Of a DNA stretch of 64,000 nucleotides, positions 47,846-57,170 are shown one piece after another. The stretch lies in contig CBDBOV010000001.1 of NCBI GenBank assembly GCA_965208575.1, forward strand, positions 352,001-416,000. The letters are read 5' to 3'. This DNA is from Spirochaetia bacterium (GTDB taxonomy: Bacteria > Spirochaetota > Spirochaetia > SZUA-6 > Bin103). Position numbers and translations under genes: made by a program. Each line of letters opens with the position of its first letter. Position 1 is the stretch's first letter. A model generated the notes under the pieces. It did no database searches, was not told the DNA's origin, and was given only the letters and a program-made list of their open reading frames with translations.

Positions 47846-49216
47846 TTATCGCTCCCAGGGCGGGGTGGAGCGCTCGCCCCACTCGAAGGCGTCGAGACGG
47901 GCGCGCAGGCGCTGCAGGTCGGCGGCGTAGGCGGGATCGTCGATCAGGTTGCGGGTCTCGGCCGGGTCGGCGGCGAGGTCGAACAGTTGCTCCGGCCAGC
48001 CCTTTCCCAGGAACCGGAAATACTTGAGGTCGTCGACCTTGACCATCTCGGAGGGGCCGTTGAGTTCGTGGTACAGCTCGCAGTACGCCTCGTTGAGCCA
48101 GCCGTCCGCGTTGCCCTCCATCAGCGGCACCAGCGAGCGCCCGTCCAGGCCGTCGGGGGTCGGGAGGCCGGCGATGTCGCACAGGGTGGGAAACAGGTCG
48201 ACCAGCGACACATTGTGGGTCACGGTGCGCGGACCGCCGGCAACGCGGCCCGGCGCGGTGATGCTGAACGGCACCCGCGCGGAGGCCTCGAAGAACTGCT
48301 GCTTCTCCCACAGCCCCTTCTGGCCGAGCATCTCGCCGTGGTCGCTCAGGAACACGATCACGAAGTCGTCGAGCACGTTCAGATCCTCCAGCTTGGCCAC
48401 CACGCGGCCGTACTGGCGGTCCACCAGCTCGATCATGCCGTAGTAGGCGGCGGTGGCGCGGTGCGCTTCGCGCCAGGTTACGTCCTCGCCCACCTTGACC
48501 TTGAAGAAGTCGTCGCAGTCGAACTGCTCGGGCAGATCCTCCACGTTGGGCTCGACGCGGCGCAGGTAGTGTCTGAACAGGTCCTCCGGGCACTGGTAGG
48601 GGTAGTGCGGGCTGTTCAGGCTCACCGCCAGCATCAGCGGCCCCTCGCCGGGGCGGTCGTAGGGTTCGCCCACGAAGTACTCGTCCAGGTACAGCAGCGC
48701 CCCGTCGACCGTGTACAGGTCCTGCTCCATGTGCAGGCCCCTGCCCACGCGGGCGTTGGTGATCTCCTTGATGGTAGGCCACTTGCCGGTGCCCTGCACG
48801 TGCGGGCGGGCGGCGCTCAGGTGCGGCTCGCCGGTGCGCCGCGTGCTGAACTCGATGTTGCGTCCGATCCGCTCCCGCCAGCCGTGCATCTGGTCGCGCC
48901 CGACGAAGTGCATCTTGCCTGCGCAGGTGGGGTTGTAGCCGTAGTTGGCGAAGTGCTCCGGTATGGTGAGCACGTCGCTCGGCAGCGGCGTGTCGAAGCC
49001 GGTGCAGCCGCTGCGGCGCGCGTACAGCCCGGTCAGAAAGCTCTGCCGCGCCGGCACGCACACCGGCGCCGGCGTGTACGCCGACCGAAAGTAGGTGCCC
49101 TGCCCGATGATCCGGTCCAGGGTGGGCATGCGGATGTGCGGGTTGCCCTCTGCGGTCATCACGTCGGGCCGATGCTCGTCGTCGATCAGCAGGAGAATGT
49201 GGGGGTGGTCGCTCAT
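47846..49216 (-). CDS. Sulfatase (choline-sulfatase-like)
   Basis: PHILLLIDDEH, CVPAR, GKMHF and SDHGEMLG. Confidence 0.93.
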   Translation of the reverse strand: MSDHPHILLLIDDEHRPDVMTAEGNPHIRMPTLDRIIGQGTYFRSAYTPAPVCVPARQSFLTGLYARRSGCTGFDTPLPSDVLTIPEHFANYGYNPTCAGKMHFVGRDQMHGWRERIGRNIEFSTRRTGEPHLSAARPHVQGTGKWPTIKEITNARVGRGLHMEQDLYTVDGALLYLDEYFVGEPYDRPGEGPLMLAVSLNSPHYPYQCPEDLFRHYLRRVEPNVEDLPEQFDCDDFFKVKVGEDVTWREAHRATAAYYGMIELVDRQYGRVVAKLEDLNVLDDFVIVFLSDHGEMLGQKGLWEKQQFFEASARVPFSITAPGRVAGGPRTVTHNVSLVDLFPTLCDIAGLPTPDGLDGRSLVPLMEGNADGWLNEAYCELYHELNGPSEMVKVDDLKYFRFLGKGWPEQLFDLAADPAETRNLIDDPAYAADLQRLRARLDAFEWGERSTPPWER

Positions 49217-49471
49217 GATTGCCGCCTTGCTTTGGGTGCTGTTGCGGGCCGATGGTTTCACTCCCGGACCGGCGCGTCAACGCCGAGGCTGTCGATGGCG
49301 CACCACGGCGGCAGGTAGCACGGGCTGCGCCGCTTCAGTTCAGGCGCCCAGCCCCGCTGCCTCGAAGAGATCGGATACGGGGCCGTGAGTCCCGCCAACA
49401 GGGCCGATCTCGCGAGGCCGCCGCGCGCATGCACGCCGTGTTCCGCGCAGGTGTCGCCCGCGGACGCTTCA

Positions 49472-49501
49472 TTGACAGCCCCGGCATGGCGCAATTAGGC
49501 T
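49472..49501 (+). promoter_or_regulatory. Sigma70-like promoter
   Basis: TTGACA-18 bp-TAGGCT; AGGAGG RBS at about 49516. Confidence 0.5.
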
Positions 49502-49529
49502 CAGGGACTTACTACAGGAGGGACGCATA

Positions 49530-51569
49530 ATGATCGACAGACGATTGCTCGCCGCTGCCATCGGGCTGGCGTTGGCGCCGTGGCTGGCGCTGGCCGGAGG
49601 CGCCGAGGAGACCGCCGCGACAACCGAGGCCGACACCGCCGCCGCGGCCGCGCCGATGGCTGAGATTGAGGGCCTGGTGCCGGACATGGTGAACTTCTTC
49701 ACCACCGTGACCGAGTACGAGCAGGCGACCGGCAACCGCATCGCCAGCTTCCAGGAGGCGCCGATGCTGGCCGCGCTGGTCAAAGCCGGCGAGTTGCCGC
49801 CGCTGGAGGAGCGCATGCCGCCCGACCCGATGGTGATCGTGCCGCTGGAGAGCGTGGGCACCTACGGCGGCAGCCTGCGCCACGGTGCGCTGAGCCCGGT
49901 GACCGCCGGCGCCGAGTCGTGGACCGCGCGCACCCAGCCGCTGCTGATGGTGCACCCGAGCCTGCAGGCGATCGCCCCCAACGCCGCCACCGGCTGGGAC
50001 TGGAACGACGACTTCTCCGAGCTCACCGTGCACCTGCGCCCCGGCCTGCGCTGGAGCGACGGCGACCCGCTGACCGCCGACGACTTCACCTTCTGGTACG
50101 AGGAATTCCTGGGCAACGAGCAACTGGTGGCGTCGCGTCCCGCTTCGTGGCGTCTCCTGGACGCCCTGGAGCGCGTCGACGACCACACCGTGCGCCTGAC
50201 GTTCAGCAGGGCTTACCCGAGCGTGCTCAACATTCTCGGCACCGAAGCGCGCCGCTATCACGAGGTGCCGTTCCTGCCCTCCCACTTCCTGGCGCAGTTC
50301 CACGTCGACCACAACCCGGACGCGGCCGACCTGGCCAAGGCCGAGGGGCACGAGAGTTGGGCGCAACTGTTCCTGAGCAAGTGGCCGGTGGACGTGCAGC
50401 AGCGCATGGATCCGGCGATTCCCACCATCGACCCGTGGACCATGGTGGAAGTGGACGAGCTCGGCAACAAGTTCTTCTCCCGCAACCCCTACTACTGGAA
50501 GGTCGACACCGCCGGCAACCAGCTCCCCTACATCGACACCCAGGATCGCCTGCTGCACGAGAACCTGGAGGCGGTCACCTCCAAGATCATCGCCGGCGAG
50601 CTGGACTACGCGCTGCAGTTCACCACCATGGACAACTTCCCGCTCTACAAGGAGCACGAGGAGCGCGGCAACTACCGCACCAACCTCTGGTACGACGGCC
50701 GCGGCAACGTGATGCTGGCGATCCGGCCCAATTTCAACCACCGGGACCCGGTGATGCGTGAGCTGTTCCAGGAGCTTCGGTTCCGCGAGGCGCTGTCGGT
50801 CTCCCTGGACCGCGACGAGATCAACGAGGTGATCTGGCGTGGCTTGGCCACTCCGCGTGCCGCCACCGTCGATCCCACGGTGAGCTTCTACCAGCCGTGG
50901 ATGGGCTCCAATTTCATCGAGTACGACGTGGAACGCGCCAACGCGATTCTGGACGAGCTGGGCCTGGCCTGGGACGACCGGCAGGAGTTCCGCCTGCGTT
51001 CCGACGGCGACACGCTATCCATCCACATCGACTACTACCAGTTGGAAGAGAAGATGGAAGTGGGCGTGGAGCTGATCAAGCAGTTCTGGGAGGAGATCGG
51101 CATCAAGGTGGGAACCCGGGCCGTGGACGGGCCGCTGTTTGGGCAGCGCCGCAGGGCCGGCGAGCTGGACGTGTTCATCTGGAACTTCGACCAGACCACC
51201 GAGATCGGCTTTCACGGCCGCCCGACGTTCGCCATGCCGCCATTGGACAACGCCGTGGACTGGAACGCCTGGGTGGAGTCCGGGGGCGAGCAGGGCGAGC
51301 AGCCGCCGGCCGAGGTGACCCGCTGGATGGAGCTGGCCGAGGAGTTTCAGCAGTACCCGATGGGGCATCCGCGCTACATGGAAATCGGCACGGAGCTGCT
51401 CACCGTGGCATCCAACAACCTGTGGGACATCGGCATCGCCGGCATCACGCCCAAGCCGATGACCGTCAAGGCCAACCTGCGCAACGTGAAGGGCGACGGC
51501 GGCCTGTTCATCTACTCCTACCGCTTCTGGATGATCTATCACCCGGAGCAGTGGTATTACGAGCAGTAA
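49530..51569 (+). CDS. ABC substrate-binding protein family 5
   Basis: EAPMLAALVKAGELPPLEERMP, GTYGG, WSDGDPLTADD and RNPYYWKVDTAGNQLPYID. Confidence 0.93.
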   Translation: MIDRRLLAAAIGLALAPWLALAGGAEETAATTEADTAAAAAPMAEIEGLVPDMVNFFTTVTEYEQATGNRIASFQEAPMLAALVKAGELPPLEERMPPDPMVIVPLESVGTYGGSLRHGALSPVTAGAESWTARTQPLLMVHPSLQAIAPNAATGWDWNDDFSELTVHLRPGLRWSDGDPLTADDFTFWYEEFLGNEQLVASRPASWRLLDALERVDDHTVRLTFSRAYPSVLNILGTEARRYHEVPFLPSHFLAQFHVDHNPDAADLAKAEGHESWAQLFLSKWPVDVQQRMDPAIPTIDPWTMVEVDELGNKFFSRNPYYWKVDTAGNQLPYIDTQDRLLHENLEAVTSKIIAGELDYALQFTTMDNFPLYKEHEERGNYRTNLWYDGRGNVMLAIRPNFNHRDPVMRELFQELRFREALSVSLDRDEINEVIWRGLATPRAATVDPTVSFYQPWMGSNFIEYDVERANAILDELGLAWDDRQEFRLRSDGDTLSIHIDYYQLEEKMEVGVELIKQFWEEIGIKVGTRAVDGPLFGQRRRAGELDVFIWNFDQTTEIGFHGRPTFAMPPLDNAVDWNAWVESGGEQGEQPPAEVTRWMELAEEFQQYPMGHPRYMEIGTELLTVASNNLWDIGIAGITPKPMTVKANLRNVKGDGGLFIYSYRFWMIYHPEQWYYEQ

Positions 51570-51588
51570 TCCGCCGCCGGTGACCCGC

Positions 51589-51647
51589 CGGCGCCCGCCT
51601 CCGTGCGCCGCACCGGCACGCGCGGTGCGGGCGGCTGGCGGGCGCCG
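51589..51647 (+). other. Long GC hairpin between SBP and permease genes
   Basis: cggcgcccgcc/ggcgggcgccg outer stem with inner ccgcaccg/cggtgcgg. Confidence 0.5.
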
Positions 51648-51682
51648 CTGCGGTACGAGACCCTGACCACGCCGCCGCACCG

Positions 51683-52666
51683 ATGCTGAAGTTCGCCGCC
51701 AAGCGCCTGCTGTACATGCTGATCCTGGTGTGCGCGGTGGCGGTGCTCGGCTTCGTGGTGATCCAGCTACCGCCCGGCGACTGGCTGTCCACCTACATCC
51801 TGCAGGTGGAGATGAGCGGCGACCGCGTCGACCAGGATCAGGTCGAGACGCTCAAGCGCATGTACGGCCTCGACCGCCCCATGGTCGCGCAGTTCCTGAA
51901 GTGGGTGTGGGGCATGCTGCGCGGCAACTTCGGCTACTCGTTCTTCTGGAACCGTCCGGTGGCGGACCTGGTGACCGAGCGGCTCGGCTTCACGCTGCTG
52001 ATCAGCGGCACCACCATCGTGTTCAGCTACGTGGCGGCGATCGCGATCGGCGTGTACTCGGCCACCCGCCAGTACGGCATCGGCGACTACCTGGCCACCG
52101 TGTTCGGCTTCCTGGGCCTGTCCACGCCGCCGTTCCTGGTGGCGCTGGTGCTGGTGTACCTGTTCCTGGTGATCTTCGACGTCAACGTGGTGGGGCTGTT
52201 CTCGCCCGACTACCTCAACGCCGACTGGTCGCTGGCGCGGGTATTCGACATGCTGAAGCACCTGCCGGTGCCGGTGCTGGTGATCGGGCTGGGCGGCATC
52301 GCCGGCCTGCAGCGCATCATGCGCGCCACCCTGCTGGACGAGCTGCGCAAGCAGTACGTGATCACGGCGCGCGCCAAGGGGGTGGTGGAGACCCGGCTGC
52401 TGTTCAAGTACCCGGTGCGGGTGGCGATCAACCCGATCGTGAGCACGGTGGCGTGGGTGTTCCCGGAACTGGTGTCGGGCGGCGCCATCGTCGCCGTGGT
52501 GCTCAACCTGCCCACCATGGGGCCGCTGCTGCTGTCGTCGCTGCGCGGCCAGGACATGTTCCTGGCCGGCGCCATCATGACCCTGCTCAGCATGCTGACC
52601 GTGGTGGGGTTCTTTCTTTCCGACCTGCTGCTGATGCTGATCGATCCGCGCATCCGGATGGAGTAG
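51683..52666 (+). CDS. ABC permease DppB-like
   Basis: IQLPPGD, YGLDRP, YVITARAKG and DPRIR. Confidence 0.93.
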   Translation: MLKFAAKRLLYMLILVCAVAVLGFVVIQLPPGDWLSTYILQVEMSGDRVDQDQVETLKRMYGLDRPMVAQFLKWVWGMLRGNFGYSFFWNRPVADLVTERLGFTLLISGTTIVFSYVAAIAIGVYSATRQYGIGDYLATVFGFLGLSTPPFLVALVLVYLFLVIFDVNVVGLFSPDYLNADWSLARVFDMLKHLPVPVLVIGLGGIAGLQRIMRATLLDELRKQYVITARAKGVVETRLLFKYPVRVAINPIVSTVAWVFPELVSGGAIVAVVLNLPTMGPLLLSSLRGQDMFLAGAIMTLLSMLTVVGFFLSDLLLMLIDPRIRME

Positions 52667-52670
52667 GCGG

Positions 52671-53819
52671 GTGGCTGACACCGGCGCCGTGGGCGCGGTC
52701 GCCACCGAGACCGCCACCGCCAGCGCCGCCGAGCGCTACGAGCTCGCCTCTCAATGGCAGCTCGTGCGGCGCAGCTTTCTGCGCCACCGCGCGGCGCTGG
52801 TCGGCCTGGTGGTGCTGGCGCTGTTCTACCTGGTGGCGCTGTTTCCGGAGTTCCTGGCGCCGCACGACCCCTACCAGCGCAACTCCGGCTTCATCGACGC
52901 GCGCCCGCAGCGGGTGCGCCTGTTCCACGACGGGCGCCCGGTGCGTCCGTTCGTGTACGCCATGGTCAAGTCGGTGGACCCGGTGACGCTGGAGCGGGTG
53001 TACACCGACGACCCCAGCCGGCGGCTGCCGTTGCGGCTGCTGGTGCGCGGCGACGAGTACCGGTTCTGGAACCTGGTGCCGGCGCGGGTGCACCTGTTCG
53101 GCGTGGACGACAGTGACGGCGGCCACCGCCTGTTCCTGTTCGGCAGCGACAACCTGGGCCGCGACCTGTTCTCGCGGGTGATCTACGCCACCCGCGTGTC
53201 GATGTCGATCGGCCTGCTGGGGGTGGCGGTGAGCTTCGTGCTGGGGTCGCTGTTCGGCGGCCTGTCCGGCTACCTGGGCGGACGCATCGACGTGATCATC
53301 CAGCGCGTGATCGAGTTCCTGCTGGCGATCCCGAAGATCCCGCTGTGGATGGCGCTGGCCGCGGCGCTGCCGCCGGGGTGGGACCCGGTCAAGCTGTACT
53401 TCGGCATGACGATCATCCTGTCGCTGGTGGGGTGGACGCAGATCGCCCGCGTGGTGCGCGGCAAGATCATCAGCCTGCGCGAGGAGGACTTCGTGGCCGC
53501 GGCCCGCATCGGCGGTGCCGGGACCGGCGCCATCCTGCTGCGCCACCTGCTGCCCGGCTTCCTGAGCTACCTGATCGTGAGCCTGACCCTGGCGGTGCCG
53601 CAGATGATCCTGGCCGAGACCGCGCTCAGCTTCCTGGGGCTGGGCCTGCAGCCGCCCGCCATAAGCTGGGGGGTGCTGCTGCAGGACGCGCAGGCGATCC
53701 GCTCCATCGCCCTGCAGCCGTGGCTGCTGATCCCGGGCCTGTTCGTGACCGTCGCGGTGCTCGCCTTCAACTTCGTCGGCGACGGCCTCCGCGACGCCTC
53801 CGACCCCTATTCGCAATGA
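52671..53819 (+). CDS. ABC permease DppC-like
   Basis: FGSDNLGRDLFSR, FVAAARIGG, ETALSFLGLG and FNFVGDGLRDASDP. Confidence 0.93.
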   Translation: MADTGAVGAVATETATASAAERYELASQWQLVRRSFLRHRAALVGLVVLALFYLVALFPEFLAPHDPYQRNSGFIDARPQRVRLFHDGRPVRPFVYAMVKSVDPVTLERVYTDDPSRRLPLRLLVRGDEYRFWNLVPARVHLFGVDDSDGGHRLFLFGSDNLGRDLFSRVIYATRVSMSIGLLGVAVSFVLGSLFGGLSGYLGGRIDVIIQRVIEFLLAIPKIPLWMALAAALPPGWDPVKLYFGMTIILSLVGWTQIARVVRGKIISLREEDFVAAARIGGAGTGAILLRHLLPGFLSYLIVSLTLAVPQMILAETALSFLGLGLQPPAISWGVLLQDAQAIRSIALQPWLLIPGLFVTVAVLAFNFVGDGLRDASDPYSQ

Positions 53820-53913
53820 TCCTGAGGACGGCACCAAGATTCGGCAGGCATGAGGCTTGTAACGGGAAGATCTATGTACTACGTTTTGTCGCGACAGGAT
53901 GAGGAGGCGTGTG

Positions 53914-54246
53914 GTGAGGGAAATCTCGGTGTTCTCGGTGCGTGACCTGCGGGTGAGTTCAAGTGCGCTGGTGCGTGAAGTTGAGGCCGGGCAGGTCTCC
54001 ATCATCACCAAGCGAGGCAAGCCGGCCGTACTGGCGTTGCCGTTCGGGAGCCGGCTCCTGGATGTGGGCGTCGACAAGGATCTGGCACTCGCCCTGTTCG
54101 AACGCCGGCTGATCACCATGGCGAAGGCCGCCAAGCTCGCCGGCGTCACCCAGGACGTATTCATGGACCTGATTGCCGAAAGCGGACTGGTTGCGGTCGA
54201 CTACCCTGCAGAGGAGTTGGCGGACGAGTTGCGCCTCGACATTTGA
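53914..54246 (+). CDS. Antitoxin: Phd-like N-terminus plus UPF0175 domain
   Basis: SVRDLR...IITKRGKP then LFERRLITMAKAAKLAG; GAGGAGG RBS. Confidence 0.8.
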   Translation: MREISVFSVRDLRVSSSALVREVEAGQVSIITKRGKPAVLALPFGSRLLDVGVDKDLALALFERRLITMAKAAKLAGVTQDVFMDLIAESGLVAVDYPAEELADELRLDI

Positions 54247-54734
54247 GATCGCTGATCGTCTCCGATGCCGGCCCATTGATTGCACTGTCACGGATCGGGC
54301 GACTCTCCCTGCTACCGGATCTGTTCGCAACCGCGGCCGTTCCGCGCACCGTGGTCCACGAGCTTCGGCTCGACGAGCCGCGCGCGGGGGTAGCTGCGCT
54401 GGCCGCGGCCGTGCGGGACCAGACTTGGTTGCGCTCGATGGATTCGCCGGACGAAGTATCGATTCCCGGCCTCGACGCCGGCGAGTCCGCAGCGATCCGT
54501 CTCGCTGTCTGCCTGAATTGCACGCTGCTGATCGATGAGCGTCGAGGACGGAGTATTGCGCGGCACCGCGGTATACCGGTCATCGGTATCGGGCGCGTTC
54601 TCATCGCGGCAAAGCAGCGGGGGCGGATCGAGTCGGTAGCGGTTGCCCTTGCCGAACTGAGAGGAGCCGGTTACCGGCTGTCGGACCGTATCTGCTCGCA
54701 GCTTCTCACCATCGCCGGAGAACGACCGACGTAG
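54243..54734 (+). CDS. DUF3368 PIN-like protein (cognate toxin)
   Basis: IVSDAGPLIAL, LDAGESAAI, LLIDERRGR and GYRLS; TTGA overlap. Confidence 0.88.
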   Translation: MRSLIVSDAGPLIALSRIGRLSLLPDLFATAAVPRTVVHELRLDEPRAGVAALAAAVRDQTWLRSMDSPDEVSIPGLDAGESAAIRLAVCLNCTLLIDERRGRSIARHRGIPVIGIGRVLIAAKQRGRIESVAVALAELRGAGYRLSDRICSQLLTIAGERPT

Positions 54735-54779
54735 CAGGTTCAACGGCACGCGTCACCCGAGTGCCGCTCATGACCGCGG

Positions 54780-56396
54780 TTACCATGGAGCGACCGGTTC
54801 CATGTCCCAGGCCTCGACGACCGTGGCTAGCGCCGCGCCGCCGGATGCAAACAGCCGGACCTCGGTGCTGTCGGCGCGGGTGGGGTACACGCGCTGCGTA
54901 AGGGACTGGCGGCCGTTGGCGAACACCTCGATCACCGAGCGGTCGATGAACACGCGCAGTTCCAGGGCTTCCCCGGCGGCGAGCCGGAAGGGGGCGGCCT
55001 GCACCGCGCCGGTGGTACGGAAGGCCTCCACGCGGGCCGCGTCGTAGTCCCAGTACTCCAGGTTCTTCGCCAGGCTGGACCGGCGGAAGTCGACCTGCAG
55101 CCTTCGCTCGCCCGGAACGTAGGAGATGGCGGTCTGCTCGCTGCCGTTCGGTGCGCACAGCACCTTCACCCCCACCGCGGTCGCGTCGTGGGGTTCGATC
55201 CGTAGGAACAGTTCGAGGCTGTTCCCCGAGATTCCCGGAAGAATTATCTCGTACCCCGAGGGTACGGCTGATACCCTCTGCCGGCGCGGGTTGAAGCGCA
55301 GGGTCTCCAGCTCCGGCGCGGGAGCGATGGCAAGCGTGCCGTCGTCGGCCAGGGACAGCACCCGCGGCAGGCTCACCACCGAGGCCCAGGCGAGCAGGTT
55401 GCGCTCTTCCGGTGCTGACTCCGCGGCGCGTTCGTAGCCGTACAGGGTGGCGGCGCCGGGCCGGAAGTCGGCCATCCAGCCGAACATGATGTTGCGACCG
55501 CGGTCGTCGATCAGCGATTCCGGCGCCGAGAGCTGGCCGCCGATCCAGCTCATCCTCCCGTGCTGCTCCGGCGTGAAGTGCCGGTCGCGGTAGCTGCCCA
55601 GGTAGTAGTGGGTGGTGTTGCGGTAGGGGCGGTGGCAGTGCATCAGCAGCATGTGACGTGGAGTCGCCCCGGTTGGCGACTCCTTGCCGATCGGGAAGAA
55701 ATCGGGGCAGGCGGCGTCCTCCGCTTCCAGGGTCCACTCGCGGCGCGACCGGTAGAACGGGCCCCGGTACTCCCAGTGGACCAGGTCGGGCGAGGTGAAC
55801 AGGCTGGTGCTGTCGCCCGCGTAGCCCGGGCGCCGGTTCTTGTTGCCGATCAGCGCGTGGTAGGTGCCGTCCCCCGACTCCTCGTACCACCCGGCGGGGT
55901 CGAACACCACGAATTCGTCGCCCTCCCGGTGCAGCGGGATGACCGGGTTCTGCGGCAGCTCGCGCCACTCGTCCAGGTCGTCGTCCTCGGCCACCGCGAT
56001 GCAGGTGCCCTGGTGCGGGACGTGGTAGATCAGGGTCGGCCGCGGCGCGTTCTTGATCGCACCGCCGCTGTAGATGCCCATAGGGGTCGACCCGTCGCGC
56101 CTGGGCCTGATGGCCGGCGGGTGCTGGATCCAGTGCACCAAGTCGCGGCTGGAGACGTGGTCCCACACGGCGACCCAGAACTCCTCGCCGGGCCGGCGGG
56201 GATGCGGGATCGGCTCCCGCGCCAGGTAGAACAGGTGGTAGCGGCCCCTCCAGAACAGCGCGCCGTTGGGATCGTTGAAGAACCCCTCCGGCGGCACGAG
56301 GTGATAGCGCGGCCGGTGCGGATCCTGCCAGATCAACTCTCGCAACCGGCGGGCACCGCGGATCAGTGCCTGAATGTCGTCACTTGTGGTGCTCAT
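54780..56396 (-). CDS. Glycoside hydrolase family 32-like protein (non-canonical catalytic motifs)
   Basis: RPRYHL, FNDPNG, YHLFY, SRDLVHW, SLPRVL and LRVFIDRSVIEVFAN. Confidence 0.88.
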   Translation of the reverse strand: MSTTSDDIQALIRGARRLRELIWQDPHRPRYHLVPPEGFFNDPNGALFWRGRYHLFYLAREPIPHPRRPGEEFWVAVWDHVSSRDLVHWIQHPPAIRPRRDGSTPMGIYSGGAIKNAPRPTLIYHVPHQGTCIAVAEDDDLDEWRELPQNPVIPLHREGDEFVVFDPAGWYEESGDGTYHALIGNKNRRPGYAGDSTSLFTSPDLVHWEYRGPFYRSRREWTLEAEDAACPDFFPIGKESPTGATPRHMLLMHCHRPYRNTTHYYLGSYRDRHFTPEQHGRMSWIGGQLSAPESLIDDRGRNIMFGWMADFRPGAATLYGYERAAESAPEERNLLAWASVVSLPRVLSLADDGTLAIAPAPELETLRFNPRRQRVSAVPSGYEIILPGISGNSLELFLRIEPHDATAVGVKVLCAPNGSEQTAISYVPGERRLQVDFRRSSLAKNLEYWDYDAARVEAFRTTGAVQAAPFRLAAGEALELRVFIDRSVIEVFANGRQSLTQRVYPTRADSTEVRLFASGGAALATVVEAWDMEPVAPW

Positions 56397-56432
56397 GGCT
56401 TGAGCGACAGAATGCCGATCGAGGACCGGTCA

Positions 56433-56999
56433 TCAGGGAAACACGGCGCCGAGCACCCTCTGCATCACCGGGAACAGGACCGTGGCGGCTAACAGCACGG
56501 TCAGCAGCCAGCGCGTCTGTACGGTGATCTCCTTGCGCAGGTCCGCCCGTACCTCGCCGATCTCCGCCCGTACCTTGCCGATCTCCGTGCTGAGGTCCGC
56601 CCGTACCTTGCCGATCTCCGTGCTGAGGTCCGCCCGCACGCTGCCGATCTCGGTGGCCATGCCGGTAAGCTGTTGCTGCTGATCGAGCAACTGCTTCTGC
56701 AGGTCCAGGAAACCGGCGTGCATCTCGCTGCGCAGGGCGTCAAAGCCGGTGTGCATCTCGCGACGCAGGGTGTCGAGACCGGTATGCATCTCGCCACGCA
56801 GGTCGTCATGACCGGCGTGCATCTCGGAGCGCAGGGCGTCACGCGACTCTGCGACATGGCGCGCAAAGCGCTCCTCGACCACGGCGATCAGGTCTTGCCG
56901 CTGTTCGTCGCCGAACTGGTGCAGAAGATCCACCAGGGAGTCGGTGGCCGGGTCGCCCAACTTTTCGCGCAGTTCGCGTGGCACCGAGATGACCGCCAT
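56433..56999 (-). CDS. Hendecad coiled-coil protein with C-terminal membrane anchor (LA_3696/DUF1640/Bdr-like)
   Basis: VPRELREKLG...EERF head; 11-aa repeats; QTRWLLTVLL transmembrane tail. Confidence 0.75.
   Translation of the reverse strand: MAVISVPRELREKLGDPATDSLVDLLHQFGDEQRQDLIAVVEERFARHVAESRDALRSEMHAGHDDLRGEMHTGLDTLRREMHTGFDALRSEMHAGFLDLQKQLLDQQQQLTGMATEIGSVRADLSTEIGKVRADLSTEIGKVRAEIGEVRADLRKEITVQTRWLLTVLLAATVLFPVMQRVLGAVFP
56536..56842. repeat. 33-bp tandem repeats (two blocks) in the coiled-coil gene
   Basis: LRxEMHxGxDx x4 and VRADLSTEIGK x2-3. Confidence 0.8.
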
Positions 57000-57047
57000 G
57001 GCTCGACGCCAGCTTACGCCGTCGGGCGGCCGGCGTCAACAATTCGC

Positions 57048-57107
57048 ATTGACTCATCGAAAATCTAACCGTAGCGAAAGCATGCCTCATCTAAAAATCT
57101 AACCGAA
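57048..57107 (+). repeat. Left terminal repeat (two transposase-binding-like boxes)
   Basis: attgactcatcgaaaatctaacc, 12-bp spacer, tgcctcatctaaaaatctaaccgaa. Confidence 0.85.
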
Positions 57108-57170
57108 CGGGCTGGACCTTCCGGGTCCGGTTGGAGCCTCTCCGAGGGACGTGAGGAGGTTCCGGAGGAG

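Noticed and set aside
53914-54734. UPF0175 + DUF3368 pair as a novel system
   Set aside because: This is a common putative TA pair and is intact here; listed as features only.
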